Part shown: in pieces, positions 13,516-24,627 of the stretch
Position numbering within the stretch: position 1 is the stretch's first letter
Layout of the letters: each line of letters begins with the position of its first letter
Assembly (NCBI GenBank): GCA_943704425.1
Contig: CALSCP010001244.1
Location: 7,951-58,117 of the forward strand
DNA from: Ministeria vibrans ATCC 50519
Taxonomy: Eukaryota > Protista > Filasterea
Length of the DNA stretch: 50,167 nucleotides
Reading direction: 5' to 3'
Made by a program: the position numbers and the translations under genes
Notes under the pieces: model-generated
The model's database searches: none
Seen by the model: only the letters and a program-made list of their open reading frames with translations
What the model was told of the DNA's origin: nothing

Positions 13516-14461
13516 TTACATGACGGTACAGCACCAGCTGTTGGTCTTCTTTGCTTGCCGATAAAACATTTTGCTTTGCGCGCTGAGCTGGTCACTGCGC
13601 TCGACGATCGACTCAATTTTCTCGCCTCGGTCAAGCACCGATTCGATCGTCTTGTGCAGAATCACTTTGGTCTCGTCCAGGTCGCCCTGAATGCGCATCA
13701 TCGAGTCCGCCTCGTGGGGGTTTTGATACCGCTTCAGGGTCGTCGCTAACTCAGCGTACGGCACACCGCCACGCTGCCCAATGCCCTTCCAGCCATCCTT
13801 CGGGTACTTGCCAGTGAAGTCCTCGAGAACCTTGGCCAACAGCGAGAAGGCAACGCGCGAAGGGTACTCTTGGTCCGCAACAAGCACGCCGCAGAGGCCG
13901 TCAAGACGCGCATGGACATGGCAAATGTACGCTATGAAAAGAGAAAGGGAACAGTGTCAACACAAATGGACAATGACTCAGCGTCAAAAGTGGCGTTGCA
14001 ATGCTAAACGCAGCATAGACGCCGTGGCATGCGCCACCACAGGCGTCACCCAACGGCCCACCACCAGCCAGCGGGGGATGCACGCAGGGACCGTCGGCGT
14101 GCCCAGCACAACAGCCAATGTCCGTCTGCGCCAGACTGCCACGAAGCGCACCTTGTTCCTCGACCGACTGACGCTGCCCCAAGGCCGTTCTCTCGGCAAG
14201 CGTGCGGCTGAAGAACGTCATGAACTCTTCGACACTACGAGAAACAAAGCGACGCGCGTTAGACTCGCAACGTGTCGCTTTTGCCAAACACCGTAACACC
14301 AACTCGTTCCATTCTTTTTTTTCTTTTTTTTTTATCTCTATCTCTCTATCTCTCTACCTTCCTCGTTGGAAAAATCCAAAAGACGACAGATCAACTTGCT
14401 TGGTGAGCACCGAGATGTTACGCCCATCCTTCAACGTGACATATATCCCATACAATTTCAT
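13516..14461 (-). CDS. YKT6: longin R-SNARE Ykt6, 3 coding exons
   Basis: DLSSFGFFQRGSVEEFMTFFSRTLAERT; YQNPHEAD..IQGDLDETKVILHKTIESVLDRGEK; C-terminal CCTVM prenylation motif. Confidence 0.96.
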
Positions 14462-14606
14462 TACTGCGAATTTGGATGACCTGAAAAAAAATTAATGATT
14501 ATCAAATCGAAAAATCGAAATGTTACTCGCTTGCTTACTCAGTGAGTACTCACTACTCGCAGACACAGTTATTTAATATTTCACTCATTATTTCACTTTG
14601 ACTGGA
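14462..14606. promoter_or_regulatory. compact bidirectional promoter YKT6/ABP1 containing the perfect palindrome AGTGAGTACTCACT (14541-14554)
   Basis: Head-to-head ATGs about 145 bp apart; probable YKT6 5'UTR intron (gtaagc at about 14539 to tttcag at about 14482). Confidence 0.6.
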
Positions 14607-15867
14607 ATGGGCAAGGTACGGAAGAAGGCGAAGACGAAGAAGAAGACGAAGAAGAAGAATTTTAACGTCCTTGTTTGACCACGTCCCTTGCGACTGCAGC
14701 TCAATCTCTCTACCAATGCGGGCGAAATGCGCGCGGCGTACGACGACGTCGTCAACACGGAAGGCGAAACGAACTGGTAAGCGAGAAGGGAGGCGCTCGC
14801 GTCGAGAGTTCACTCCTTCTCTGGCAGGGCTCTGTTTGGCTACGCTGGCAAGACGGACGACCTCAAGCTGGTGAGCACCGGCTCGGACGGTCTCGAGGAG
14901 CTGCAGGAAGAATTCAACGATGCGCATGTGCAGTACGCGTTTGCGCGCGTCATCGATCCCAAGACGCAGCTGCACAAGTACGTCTTCATTGCGTGGTCGG
15001 GCGAGGGGTGCCAGACGGCGCGCAAGGGTGCCGCCGCTTCGCATTCGCAAGAGGTCCAACGCTTCTTCTCAGGCGCCCACCTTGTGATCAATGCACGTAG
15101 TGAGCAGGTGTGATCAGTGACAAAACACCCGATACCAGGGACGAGTCTTAAAACGCTTTCTCCGCTTTCCCCTTCAGGACGTTGATCCCGACGATATTAT
15201 GAAAAAAATCGAGACTGCCTCGGGCGCCTACTATGGTTTCCACAAGGAGAAGCCGAGTGGGGCGGGTGCACTTGCAGGACCTCAGAAGACGGGGACCAAC
15301 TACAAAAAGGCGGAAATTGTCAAGGGCAATGCGCAAAGCTTCAAGGGACGATTTGAGCAGAAGGCACAGGCAGACGCGGACGAAGAGACACAGCGCATTA
15401 TTGAAGAGAAGCGACGTGCACGCGAGGCGGCCGACGAGGCGGCTGCTGCCGAAGCCGCGGCCGTTGCCGCCGCGAAACAGCCCGAGCCAGAGCCAGAGCC
15501 TGTTTACGAGCCAGAACCCGAAGTGGAGGAGTACGAAGCGGAGCCTGAGCCTGAAGCGGAGCCTGAACCAACCTACGAGGCCGAACCCGAGCCGGAGGCT
15601 GAGCCGGAACCAGTCTACGAGGCTGAGCCCGAGGCTGAGGCTGAAGCCGAGGCAGAGGCGGAGGAGTATGTGGAGGAGGGCGAGGAGGACCTGGGCTTGA
15701 CGGCCGTGGCGCTCTACGACTATGAGGCAGCGGACGACACCGAACTGTCGTTCCTGCCGGGCGACCTCATCACCAACATTGAGCGACTCGACGAGGGGTG
15801 GATCCAGGGCGCATGCAACGGCGCATGGGGCATGGCCCCCGCAAACTACTTGGAGTACAACGAGTGA
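14607..15867 (+). CDS. DBNL: drebrin-like / Abp1 actin-binding protein (ADF-H, helical, EP-rich, SH3)
   Basis: [48 protein letters not shown]; C-terminal SH3 [15 protein letters not shown]...PANY; 3 GT-AG introns. Confidence 0.93.
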
Positions 15868-15984
15868 TGCGTTTCTTTGCTGCTAATTAATCACCATTGT
15901 ACACACACACACACACATACTCTCTCTCTATCATTTTGTTTGTTCTCCTCCTCTGTCTTTCTCTCTGTCTCACACACATACACA

Positions 15985-15988
<4 letters not shown>

Positions 15989-16065
<77 letters not shown>

Positions 16066-16314
16066 AGTTGTTGTTGCTCATTGAGACAGCTCGCACATGC
16101 GGCAGAAGAATTTGTTCTTGCAGTATCGGTCATGTATGTCGCGCAAAAGCGACCAGTCGTGCTTGAAGAAGCCTGCATATAACTCTGCGTCCTACACGCC
16201 AGTGTGTGTCATGCCGTCTCCTTCTCTATCATTTGGTCCCTCCCTTTCTCTCCTTCTCTCTACCACGTTGCTTCTTTCTCCCTCCTTCTACCCACACACA
16301 CACACACACACACA

Positions 16315-16392
<78 letters not shown>
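15989..16392. repeat. (CT)n/(CA)n microsatellites in the ABP1-FucT convergent 3' region and the last FucT intron
   Basis: Long perfect CT runs at about 15989-16064 and 16317-16392. Confidence 0.95.
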
Positions 16393-16393
<1 letters not shown>

Positions 16394-18176
16394 GCGTTCG
16401 TACCTCGTCTACTTTGCGCAGAAACAGAGCGAGTTCTTTAGGCGAGCTAAAGTCGGCCACGTTTATGACGCTCGAGCGCGGAACGTACTACACTCGAGTC
16501 AGTACATATTCACTCTCATCTGCGTACTGTCACCTACCTTGAACAGTTCGTCGGATCCCTTGTAAATGGGAATAGCCCCCGACAGAAAGCAATGCCATAC
16601 CTACAGAGTCCCGACCGGACGATACGTTCAGCGGGGTTCCTTGTGTCAATAACACTCTCTGACCTTCTCAGTGATGTATCCCATTTCGTTTGAGTTCTCC
16701 ATTGCAATCGCAAACTTGTACCCGCGCAGTGTTTCGATTTTGGTGGCCTCCCAGTCGTGCGACGCCCGCGTGGCCGGCTCAGGCATGTTGTGCAGGCAGC
16801 CCCCGTGGCTGTCCACTCGCACATGATCCATTAGCTGACTCACGTAATTCTTCCGCCCGTTGTTCTGCGAGTGACATCCCCCACCTCATCGTCAGTGTAC
16901 GGCATGTACTCACGCAACACATTCATCACATGCACACCCATGCCTCACACAGACACACTCCCACATGTAATAATTATAAATATAGAGAGACACACGTACC
17001 TCACAGTGAGCAGAGAGAAAGGCCGCAACAAGTTTGCGGTCGTTGACGGGTATCTTGGGGGGCATAGCCATAATACGATCGGTCCAGTCACAGGCGTACG
17101 GCAACGGCACAGACGACGTCAGCGTGTATGTGATGGTGTAGTCAAACGCCTGTCGCACTTGCGGTCGCTCTAGTGCCTGTGCACCCGGCTCGTGCCATAA
17201 CACAAATGACTTTTGCGTTGGTGAGAAGCGCTGTAAAGCCGCCGTGTTGCCTTGTAGGGCCGTAGTCGCCTGAAAAATGCTCTTGAGCACCCCATCAGCA
17301 CTTTGCTGCTTGTCACTATCACTCGTCAACACACACGGCCGTGCATTCGCACAGTCCTTGGCGCCCGCAATCCAGCGAGACTGTCACAAAGAGGAAAAAA
17401 CAAAGTGATGGAGAGAGGAGGGAGAGAGACAAAGTGATAGAGAAAGAGACAAAGTGATAGAGAGACAAAGTGATAGAGAGACAAAGTGATAGAGGGACAA
17501 AGTGATAGAGAGACAATGTGATCGAAAGAGAGATTCCAAAAAAGTCAGACACAAAGGGTACTTATTTATGCTGCATATACCGGATTTCCGCCATACATGG
17601 CATTTTGGCGCTTGAAGTCGTCGATGAAAATCACGACGGGACCCGCTTTTTCGGGTTGCGTCGGCAAGCTCATGTCGACATGATTGCCAATCGGCGGTGC
17701 GAGTTGCGGCGGCTGCTGGTGTGGCTGCTGTCCGTGCTGGAGAGGCGGGGGCGGAGGCGCAGCGAAACCAACCCTATGCAACGGCATGAGTGGGTGGGTG
17801 GGTGGGCATGCCACACGTGCCACTCCCCAAACATACACAGACACACGTACTTGGCGGAAATGTGTCCGGCGAGTCGCTCTTCAACGCGTTTGGCGACTTC
17901 GTCGGCAAAGCGGATGGCCGACTGAACGTCGTTGGCGCTCATCGACATGTCGGACGAGCGGAGTCGCGGACGTGCCTCGGCCATGGACGTTGCCGCGCCG
18001 GCGTGGAGGTAGCCCTACATGCAAAAGCACAACGGGTAAAGAAAGTCCTTGATCGCTCGATCGCTGATTCTCTCCACTTTCTCTCCACTCAATACCGACA
18101 CATATAATAAGACAATGGTCGACAAAACTGATATTCCGGCGACCAATGCCGTGCTTGCGCGCGAGGAGAGTCGCAT
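16078..18176 (-). CDS. alpha-1,3/4-fucosyltransferase (GT10), type II membrane protein
   Basis: N-terminal TM anchor; WHEPG, FDYTITY...VPLPY; GT10 motif YKFAIAMENSNEMGYITEK; PIYKG; INVADFSSPKELA; C-terminal FCRMC. Confidence 0.88.
17400..17530. repeat. tandem array of the ACAAAGTGATAGAG(AG)n unit in a FucT intron (7 copies)
   Basis: Direct reading; unit length about 16-20 bp. Confidence 0.9.
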
Positions 18177-18289
18177 CGCAACGAAATTAGCTGAATAGGC
18201 AGAATTGTCAATTGGGACTAGAGAATTATTAGCGAATAGTGATTGAATTCACATTGAATAGTAATGAATTTGATTAAACTGTAAACACC

Positions 18290-18346
18290 GAGTGAGTGAG
18301 GGGAGAGGGATTTGGAGAAGCGCAGCGCCCCTCCCCTCACTCACTC
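18290..18346. mobile_element. 57-bp miniature inverted-repeat element with 16-bp TIRs and a 6-bp target-site duplication
   Basis: GAGTGAGTGAGGGGAG (18290-18305) / CTCCCCTCACTCACTC (18331-18346), flanked directly by AACACC at 18284-18289 and 18347-18352. Confidence 0.6.
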
Positions 18347-18952
18347 AACACCGACTATTATTACTTGAGCACCACTCGAGCAGTCAAAATGTGAAATTCT
18401 CCACAGTTTTCCCAACAACTCGCTTGCAAGTTGCATGCGTTGATGACGACTTGATGTAGTTCGTACAGAGTGAAAGATATTTGACACTGAAATGAATAAA
18501 GTTTCATCGACATAAATCGGAGAATGTCAAACAGGAACAATCCCGGCCATGGCAACCGTTTAGAGACATTGACAGGTTNNNNNNNTGACAGGTTCGCAAA
18601 GTTTATGTTTTTACAATCAAGATAATTATGCGTCTGCGAAGGCGAACAAATGGCAAAGAAAGTAAAAATGACTGTAGAGTCGTCTCCATTATCTACTCAA
18701 AAAAAAATAAGGCAGTTTGTTTCATCCTCCACTTTCACTTTCTAACCCGACCGACTCATTCTCTCCTTCTGAACCAAACTTCGTTTTGTCTTTTTTTCCC
18801 TTTCTTTACCTTTGGGTGAGATCAACGTCTATTCAACTACATGATGAATAATGTGTTTCGCGTGCTCAACAAATGGAACAGACTCAGACACCGACATGCT
18901 ACAAGAAGAAGGACGTTGAGGAGTCACATTGACCCGCACGCATCGCGTTCTC

Positions 18953-19909
18953 TCACCCTGGCATAATGGAGGGTGCAAGCAGTCGCCACAGGTCAAAGGC
19001 ACAAATCGTCAGCATACATGTGGCAAACGCATTCAAAAGGGTCTCTCGGTAAGTCGTGGATCGTCGCTACAGGGAAAAGACGCCCAAATTCATACACGGC
19101 CGGCGTTTTCTTTTTGTATTGTGTACCGAATGTTCAGGGTCGATTTGAAGGAACAGTGGGAATGACACGACAAACATGAGTGCGTAAAAGACGGACCCAG
19201 ACCAGAGCATCGCATTGTAGTCTGGGTATCGGTAGTGCGGAAATGAAGAGATGGTAAGAGTCTCGAGAAAGGCGGTGAGGTAGGCAAGGGAGAGGAGCGC
19301 AAGGGCAAACGAGACTCGAGACTGGAACCGGCGAAGTAAGACCCCCGCTCCGATGTGGTACGTCAGGAAGTAGGCGTGCGTAAGAAGATGCATGCAGATG
19401 GGCACGCGGTTGACGGTGAGTGTCCCTGAGAGGGTCGGCACAGTGTAGTGCATTCCAAGCTATGCGAAGGACGTAGAACGTTAGTTGGACAACATTGACA
19501 TCGCTGACTGAGTGAGCATCGAACCAACGAGTAAAAGTAGTGTGTGTTAAAATGATTTGCAAGAAGTGAGTTGATGAGCACCCACGAGTTGACCTTGGTG
19601 CTGTACCGGTCGAAGAAGGGAAGCTGCAAGTAATTACAAGAGGAAAATCAATCAACAGCGAAGAAATATTGCTCTTCGTACGGCCCGCTCCTCCTCAAAT
19701 GGGCGCGCAATCGGAATGATAATCACGGGAAGAGTAGTGGCGAGGCCCGTCGCGACATAGGTGTACGCGTTGAAGTCGTCATAAAGGCGGAAGACGACAA
19801 TGGAGGCCACGAACGAAATCCACACGACAGACCATTGCAGAAAGAACTTCTCCACCACTCGCTTGTGCGGTCGAAGCGACAGCCAAGGCAGAGATGACTC
19901 CTTCGGCAT
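18953..19909 (-). CDS. CPI1: cycloeucalenol cycloisomerase (cyclopropyl sterol isomerase), 4 exons
   Basis: PHKRVVEKFFLQWSVVWI, RYSTKVNSW...NHFNTHYFYSL-LGMHYT, NRVPICMHLLTHAYFLTYH, AYLTAFLETLTISSFPHY, GSVFYALMFVVSFPLF and FDLWRL match the CPI1 family pattern as I recall it. Confidence 0.88.
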
Positions 19910-20077
19910 TGAAAGGAAAGAGTATGATATATATAATATATAAAATGTGTGATAAATCATAAATCTGATAATTGAGATAGAATAAGATTTCGACAGAGGT
20001 ACTGTGCGTGAGATCGACTCTTCAATGTGTATAATGTACAGTATAAACCAAGTGAGGTCAGAGTAGTGGCGTGCACC

Positions 20078-20850
20078 TCATCCGGATTTGTTGCGCAGCT
20101 CGTCGAGACGGTTCACAATGAAGTAGGTGGTGTCGAGGAAGCGATCGACGCAGTTGGTCAGGCACTGCGTCTCCCATCGGTCAAGCGACTTGCCGGGATT
20201 CGACACACACTTGTCCCAGCAGGTGTCGGTGAACGAGTGGACCTAGGCCGACGCGAGTGTGAGTGTGAGTGTGAGTGTGAGTGTGAGTGTGAGTGAGTGT
20301 GTGTGTGTGTGTGTGTCGTGCGATGGACTGAGTGAAGCGCCTTCACACTCCTGTCCTGCGCAATGCCCGCCAGCACCGCCGCTCCGCAGATGCCTCCGCA
20401 ATCAGATGCGTTTGGACGCCGCGGCGCCCACTCGCGAGGTTTCACACCAAGAAATGGTCTATGACCAAAGAAAAAAAAAAGCTGACAACTTTGTCATTTG
20501 CACTGGAAATCAACAGGTCATTCGACAATTTTCGCAGCGCACCTCGAGCGCATACACACACAACAAGTAGCATTTGTGTTGAAGTCGTCGAAAAGCGTTC
20601 GGGCGACAATGCTATCGCCAAAACGTGACATTTGATTTTTTTTTATCACTCCCACACACTCGCTCGCTGTCCCTCTCTCACCTGCTGCTGGAAACGAGCC
20701 TTCGACTGCTCCATCTCAAGGAAGCGTTGCATTTCCGGGTCATCCATCTACGAGTGGCACAGTGTTCAGCACAACACCCACCAGCGCACAAGGCAGAGCG
20801 CCCATCAAGCCACCCCGACAGCCCCATTGCCATACCTGCTCCTGGCTCAT
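20078..20850 (-). CDS. TIM8: mitochondrial small Tim chaperone Tim8, 3 exons
   Basis: MSQEQ|MDDPEMQRFLEMEQSKARFQQQ|VHSFTDTCWDKC...ETQCLTNCVDRFLDT; twin CX3C motif. Confidence 0.93.
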
Positions 20851-20926
20851 CTTGTTCTTGATATCAGCAAAATTAATAAAGAATAAAGATGAAAAAATAA
20901 AAAAAAGTTAAAAGATCGATTTTAAT

Positions 20927-23360
20927 TCACTTTTTTTTTGTCCCTCTCGCAATAACCAAACGAAGGGTGTTGATCGTCGCCCCAAGATCAGAGCCTGCTT
21001 GAGGAAACTCGCGCACCAAGTGATGTGCGATGGCTTCAAGTGATTGAATTTGCTGTTGAAGGGTCTCAAGCTCACGTTCAACTACCTCGCGACTGCGTGG
21101 CGCACCCGCACCCGTACCCCTTTGCTGCACCACCACGGTCAGTCGACGACACACTCGTTGTAATGATGCATGTTCTTCTGTGCGCTCAGCGTGCTCCACC
21201 TTGGCCCGTCGCAATGCCTCACACAGCTCCCCTTCCTTCTCGCCAACCGCGTCGCGCTCTGCCTGCGTCCGCACACATTCTTCGCGAAGAACCTTCAGGC
21301 GCTTTTCCAGCGCCTCAACTTCACGCTCGGTCGCAGCGGCGTCCCGCTCGGCAACCTTGAGCTTTTTGGTGAGCTCGGCAAGACGACGGGCCGTCGTGCT
21401 CTGCGACACTCCCGCTCCCTTGCGTCGATGCTGCTTCCGCTGTCCAATTGTCTCACGCCGCTCAATCGCTCTTTCCATGTCTTTCAGCATTGTCTCCTAT
21501 ACAAGAGAGAGAGGGAGAGAGGAGGAGGAGAGGGAGGGGGAAAAAAAAGATAAAAGTCATTGTTCAAAAAAAAATCAAGAACACAAGAAGGGCCGCATTC
21601 CGCGCACCTGTTCTTTCTTGAGTGCACTCAGACGCACTTCCATTCGATGAATCTCACTAGTCATACTGCGCATCTCTGCATTGCCCACATTCGGATCAAG
21701 TACCGCCCGCGTCTCCTTCGCCAATTGGATCTTCTTCTCCCACAGCATCATCTACGCAGGTGCACGGTCAACATCCGCAAACGCACTGAAAGTGCTCCCT
21801 TAATCTGACTCACCTGTCGCTCCGCATCCACCAGTGCATTCAAGACACGATCATTCTCCGCGTGCAACTCACTCATCTCCGTCTCCAGCTCAATCACCCC
21901 CAGTTCGCTCTGTCGCAGCCGCGCCAGTACCTCCGCCTCCAGAGCTGCCGTCGTGTCCGCCAGTGCGCTCCCCCGTCCCTTGTTCTTGCTTACCAGCCCG
22001 TTCAATCGCACAATGTCCTTCTGCACTCGTCCCACACTCGCCTCGTAGCCTTTTGTCTCGTCGTCGTGTCCCGCAAGCTCTCGCTTCAACCGCTCAAGCT
22101 GCACACATAAAATAATGAATCGCGAATGAGACGCCACTTACATACAATTATAAACGCAGTCCGCAATCTACCTTTTCATGAAGCACACGTTCCTTCTGGC
22201 GATGCTCTTCCATCACCCGCTCCTTCTCCTGACCCCGTCCATTCATCATCACCAGCTCGTTCTGCAGTCTCAGCCAGTATCGCTTGAGCTCCTCCACTGC
22301 CTCCCCCTCACTCCCAATCTCTCGCTTCAGCGCCGCAATCTGATGCTCCAGCGGGCCTACCTCGTCCTCCTCCTTAGACGCCTTCTCCACCAACACCCCA
22401 ATCCGGCGGTTGTTCACGTCAATTTGGTTCTGCTTGCGCGTTATCGTGTCCGACTTGTGCCGGATCTCCCGCTCGTACCGACTAACAAGTGCCTTCTTCT
22501 CCTCCACTCCCTTCTTCAGCTCTTCCAGCTCCTCTTGCAGCTTTGTGCTCTGCGACTCGCTCATCGCTCGTTCAATCTAAACGCCGGCCCCCGATGCCAA
22601 TTTCAATCGTACACTGGCTCGAAAATATATATATATATATATAATTATATATATTTGTAGTTCCTACCTTGATTTTGGCAATCTCACTCTTCACTTCATC
22701 GACCGCAATCTGGCGCTCGCGAATGCGTTCATGAACCGCAAGAGCATCTCTGCGCGCAGCTCCCTTCGCCTTGTCTGCCGTCATCATGTCATGCATGTGT
22801 TCGACCATCCGTCGCTCTGCGTCGTTGATGTGTGTCTCCTCCTTCTGCTGTACTCCCAGCAATCGCGTAATCTCCTTCTGTACACCACTGCGCTCCACCT
22901 GTGCTTCTCGCACGCCATTCTCCGTCTCTTGCAGCGTCCGTTGCGCCAGTGAAAACTCCCCTTTGGTCTGCTCGCACTGCTCGCGCGTGTCCATCAACTG
23001 CCGCTCCAGTCCCGCAATGTCTCCTTCCACGCGCGCCACCCGACTCCCCATTGCATCACGTCTCTCTTCCGCCTGGTGCAGTTGCACTCGTACCGCATGG
23101 CGCTACGTTACATCAAATTGGAAGTCATGATCAGTTGTTTCGTGTCAGCTGTACATGTGCAACAATCATTCAATTCTTATGCATCTAGTCACCTCTGAGC
23201 GGACTCGCTTGAGTCGGTCCTGCTGCTCTGCTAGTGCACTGGCCATTGCCAAATGCGCATCATTGCGGCGTTCTGTGCCTAGCAGCGCCGACCGCCACTG
23301 CTGCGCCAGTTGCTTGTTTTCAAACCGAAGAGCCTGCAACAACAATAAAAATTTCATTCA

Positions 23361-23435
<75 letters not shown>

Positions 23436-23437
23436 CA

Positions 23438-23508
<71 letters not shown>

Positions 23509-23510
23509 AC

Positions 23511-23547
<37 letters not shown>

Positions 23548-24597
23548 CATCATCATCATGATAAATTTACAGCAATATGAACAATTATTTTCTTCTTTTG
23601 AGAGCTTGAGTACAGCTCTCGATTCTCTATTAATTTACTTTTCTTAAAAACAATAATAATTATTATATCGTTCGTTTCCTCACCTCCATTTCGGCAGTCG
23701 CTTCGCGCAGCGTCTCTTTCACAGAGTCCTTTTCGCCCAACTGTACTTGAATCTGCGACGCTAGCAACTCATCTTGGTCCTTTAGCCGTTTCAATTGCTC
23801 TTGAAAATCTTCCACCAACAGATCCTGTCAATTAGTCGCATAATATTAATTATTGCATCGGTTAGGAATAAGCTGAAAAAAATAACCAACAAAAAAACAT
23901 AAGCAATACGACCTCTTACCTGCTTCTTCTTTTCCACCTCAAGCGTATTCTTCTCCAACTTGGCCTTCTCCGCGGCGCGTTTGGTCACACTCATTTCCGC
24001 TCTTCGCTCCTTCTTGTAGTGTTCGACGTGACGCAGCGCCTCCTGCAGCTTGTCCAGCTCATCTTGCTGCTCCTGCGCCATTTTCCTTCGCTGGATCAAG
24101 TCCGCCGCCAGCCCTTGCTGCTCGGTGCGTATGGCGACCAGGCGCTGTTCGCTGGCACGCCGACTCGCCTGTAACGCTTCAAGTGTACCCGTGGTCTTCT
24201 CTAGTGATCGTTGCTGGCGCGCCAGCTGCTGCTGAAGGTCGTACAGCTCGACACCGACGTCTTCACGTTGCGACCTGCTCTGCTTCACTTGGACTTTGCG
24301 CTCGCGCAAACGATTTTCGGCCGCCTGCAATCGAAGACGCAGCTGCGTTTCCAGTCGCTTTTGAACGCCCTGCATCAGTGGATGGTTGGGATCGAGCATC
24401 GCCGCCTCGAGCTTGTGATCTGCGCCGTTCGAAAGATCCCTGACGCTCTCAACGGCGTCATGTTGAACATCCACAGAAGGATCTGTTCCGTGAAGGTCGT
24501 CTGCGATGTCAGAAGCAGACAGGCTCGTCCCCTGACGCGAGCTCGAGTCGGGTTGTCGGCCCGACGGTTTCGCTTTGCGAGTTGAGGGTTTGCTCAT
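20927..24597 (-). CDS. CCDC40: coiled-coil domain-containing protein 40 (axonemal 96-nm ruler, FAP172)
   Basis: LDPNHPLMQGVQ, REDVGVELYDLQQQLARQQ, WLRLQNELV and MLWEKKIQLAKE...EIHRM; 8 exons joining in phase. Confidence 0.92.
23362..23545. repeat. (ATT)n microsatellite in a CCDC40 intron
   Basis: About 60 near-perfect ATT units. Confidence 0.97.
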
Positions 24598-24612
24598 TCT
24601 ATGCGCGTTTCG

Positions 24613-24627
24613 GTTGCCCCCAGCAAC
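24613..24627. promoter_or_regulatory. RFX X-box GTTGCCCCCAGCAAC about 16 bp upstream of the CCDC40 ATG
   Basis: Exact fit to GTNRCC-N3-RGYAAC. Confidence 0.65.

Noticed and set aside
17400-17530. ACAAAGTGATAGAG arrays as CRISPR repeats, tetO operators (GTGATAGAGA half-match) or telomeric repeats
   Set aside because: No unique spacers or cas genes; only half of tetO; internal intronic location with irregular periods
18440-18490. TGATGA...CTGA as a box C/D snoRNA
   Set aside because: Only about 50 nt, with no terminal stem or evident guide
18545-18556. GGCCATGGCAAC X-box-like site
   Set aside because: Not adjacent to a ciliary gene start (about 370 bp upstream of FucT); kept only as a caveat that such motifs can occur by chance
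18570-18594. TGACAGGTT direct repeat across a 7-N gap
   Set aside because: Typical unmerged contig overlap
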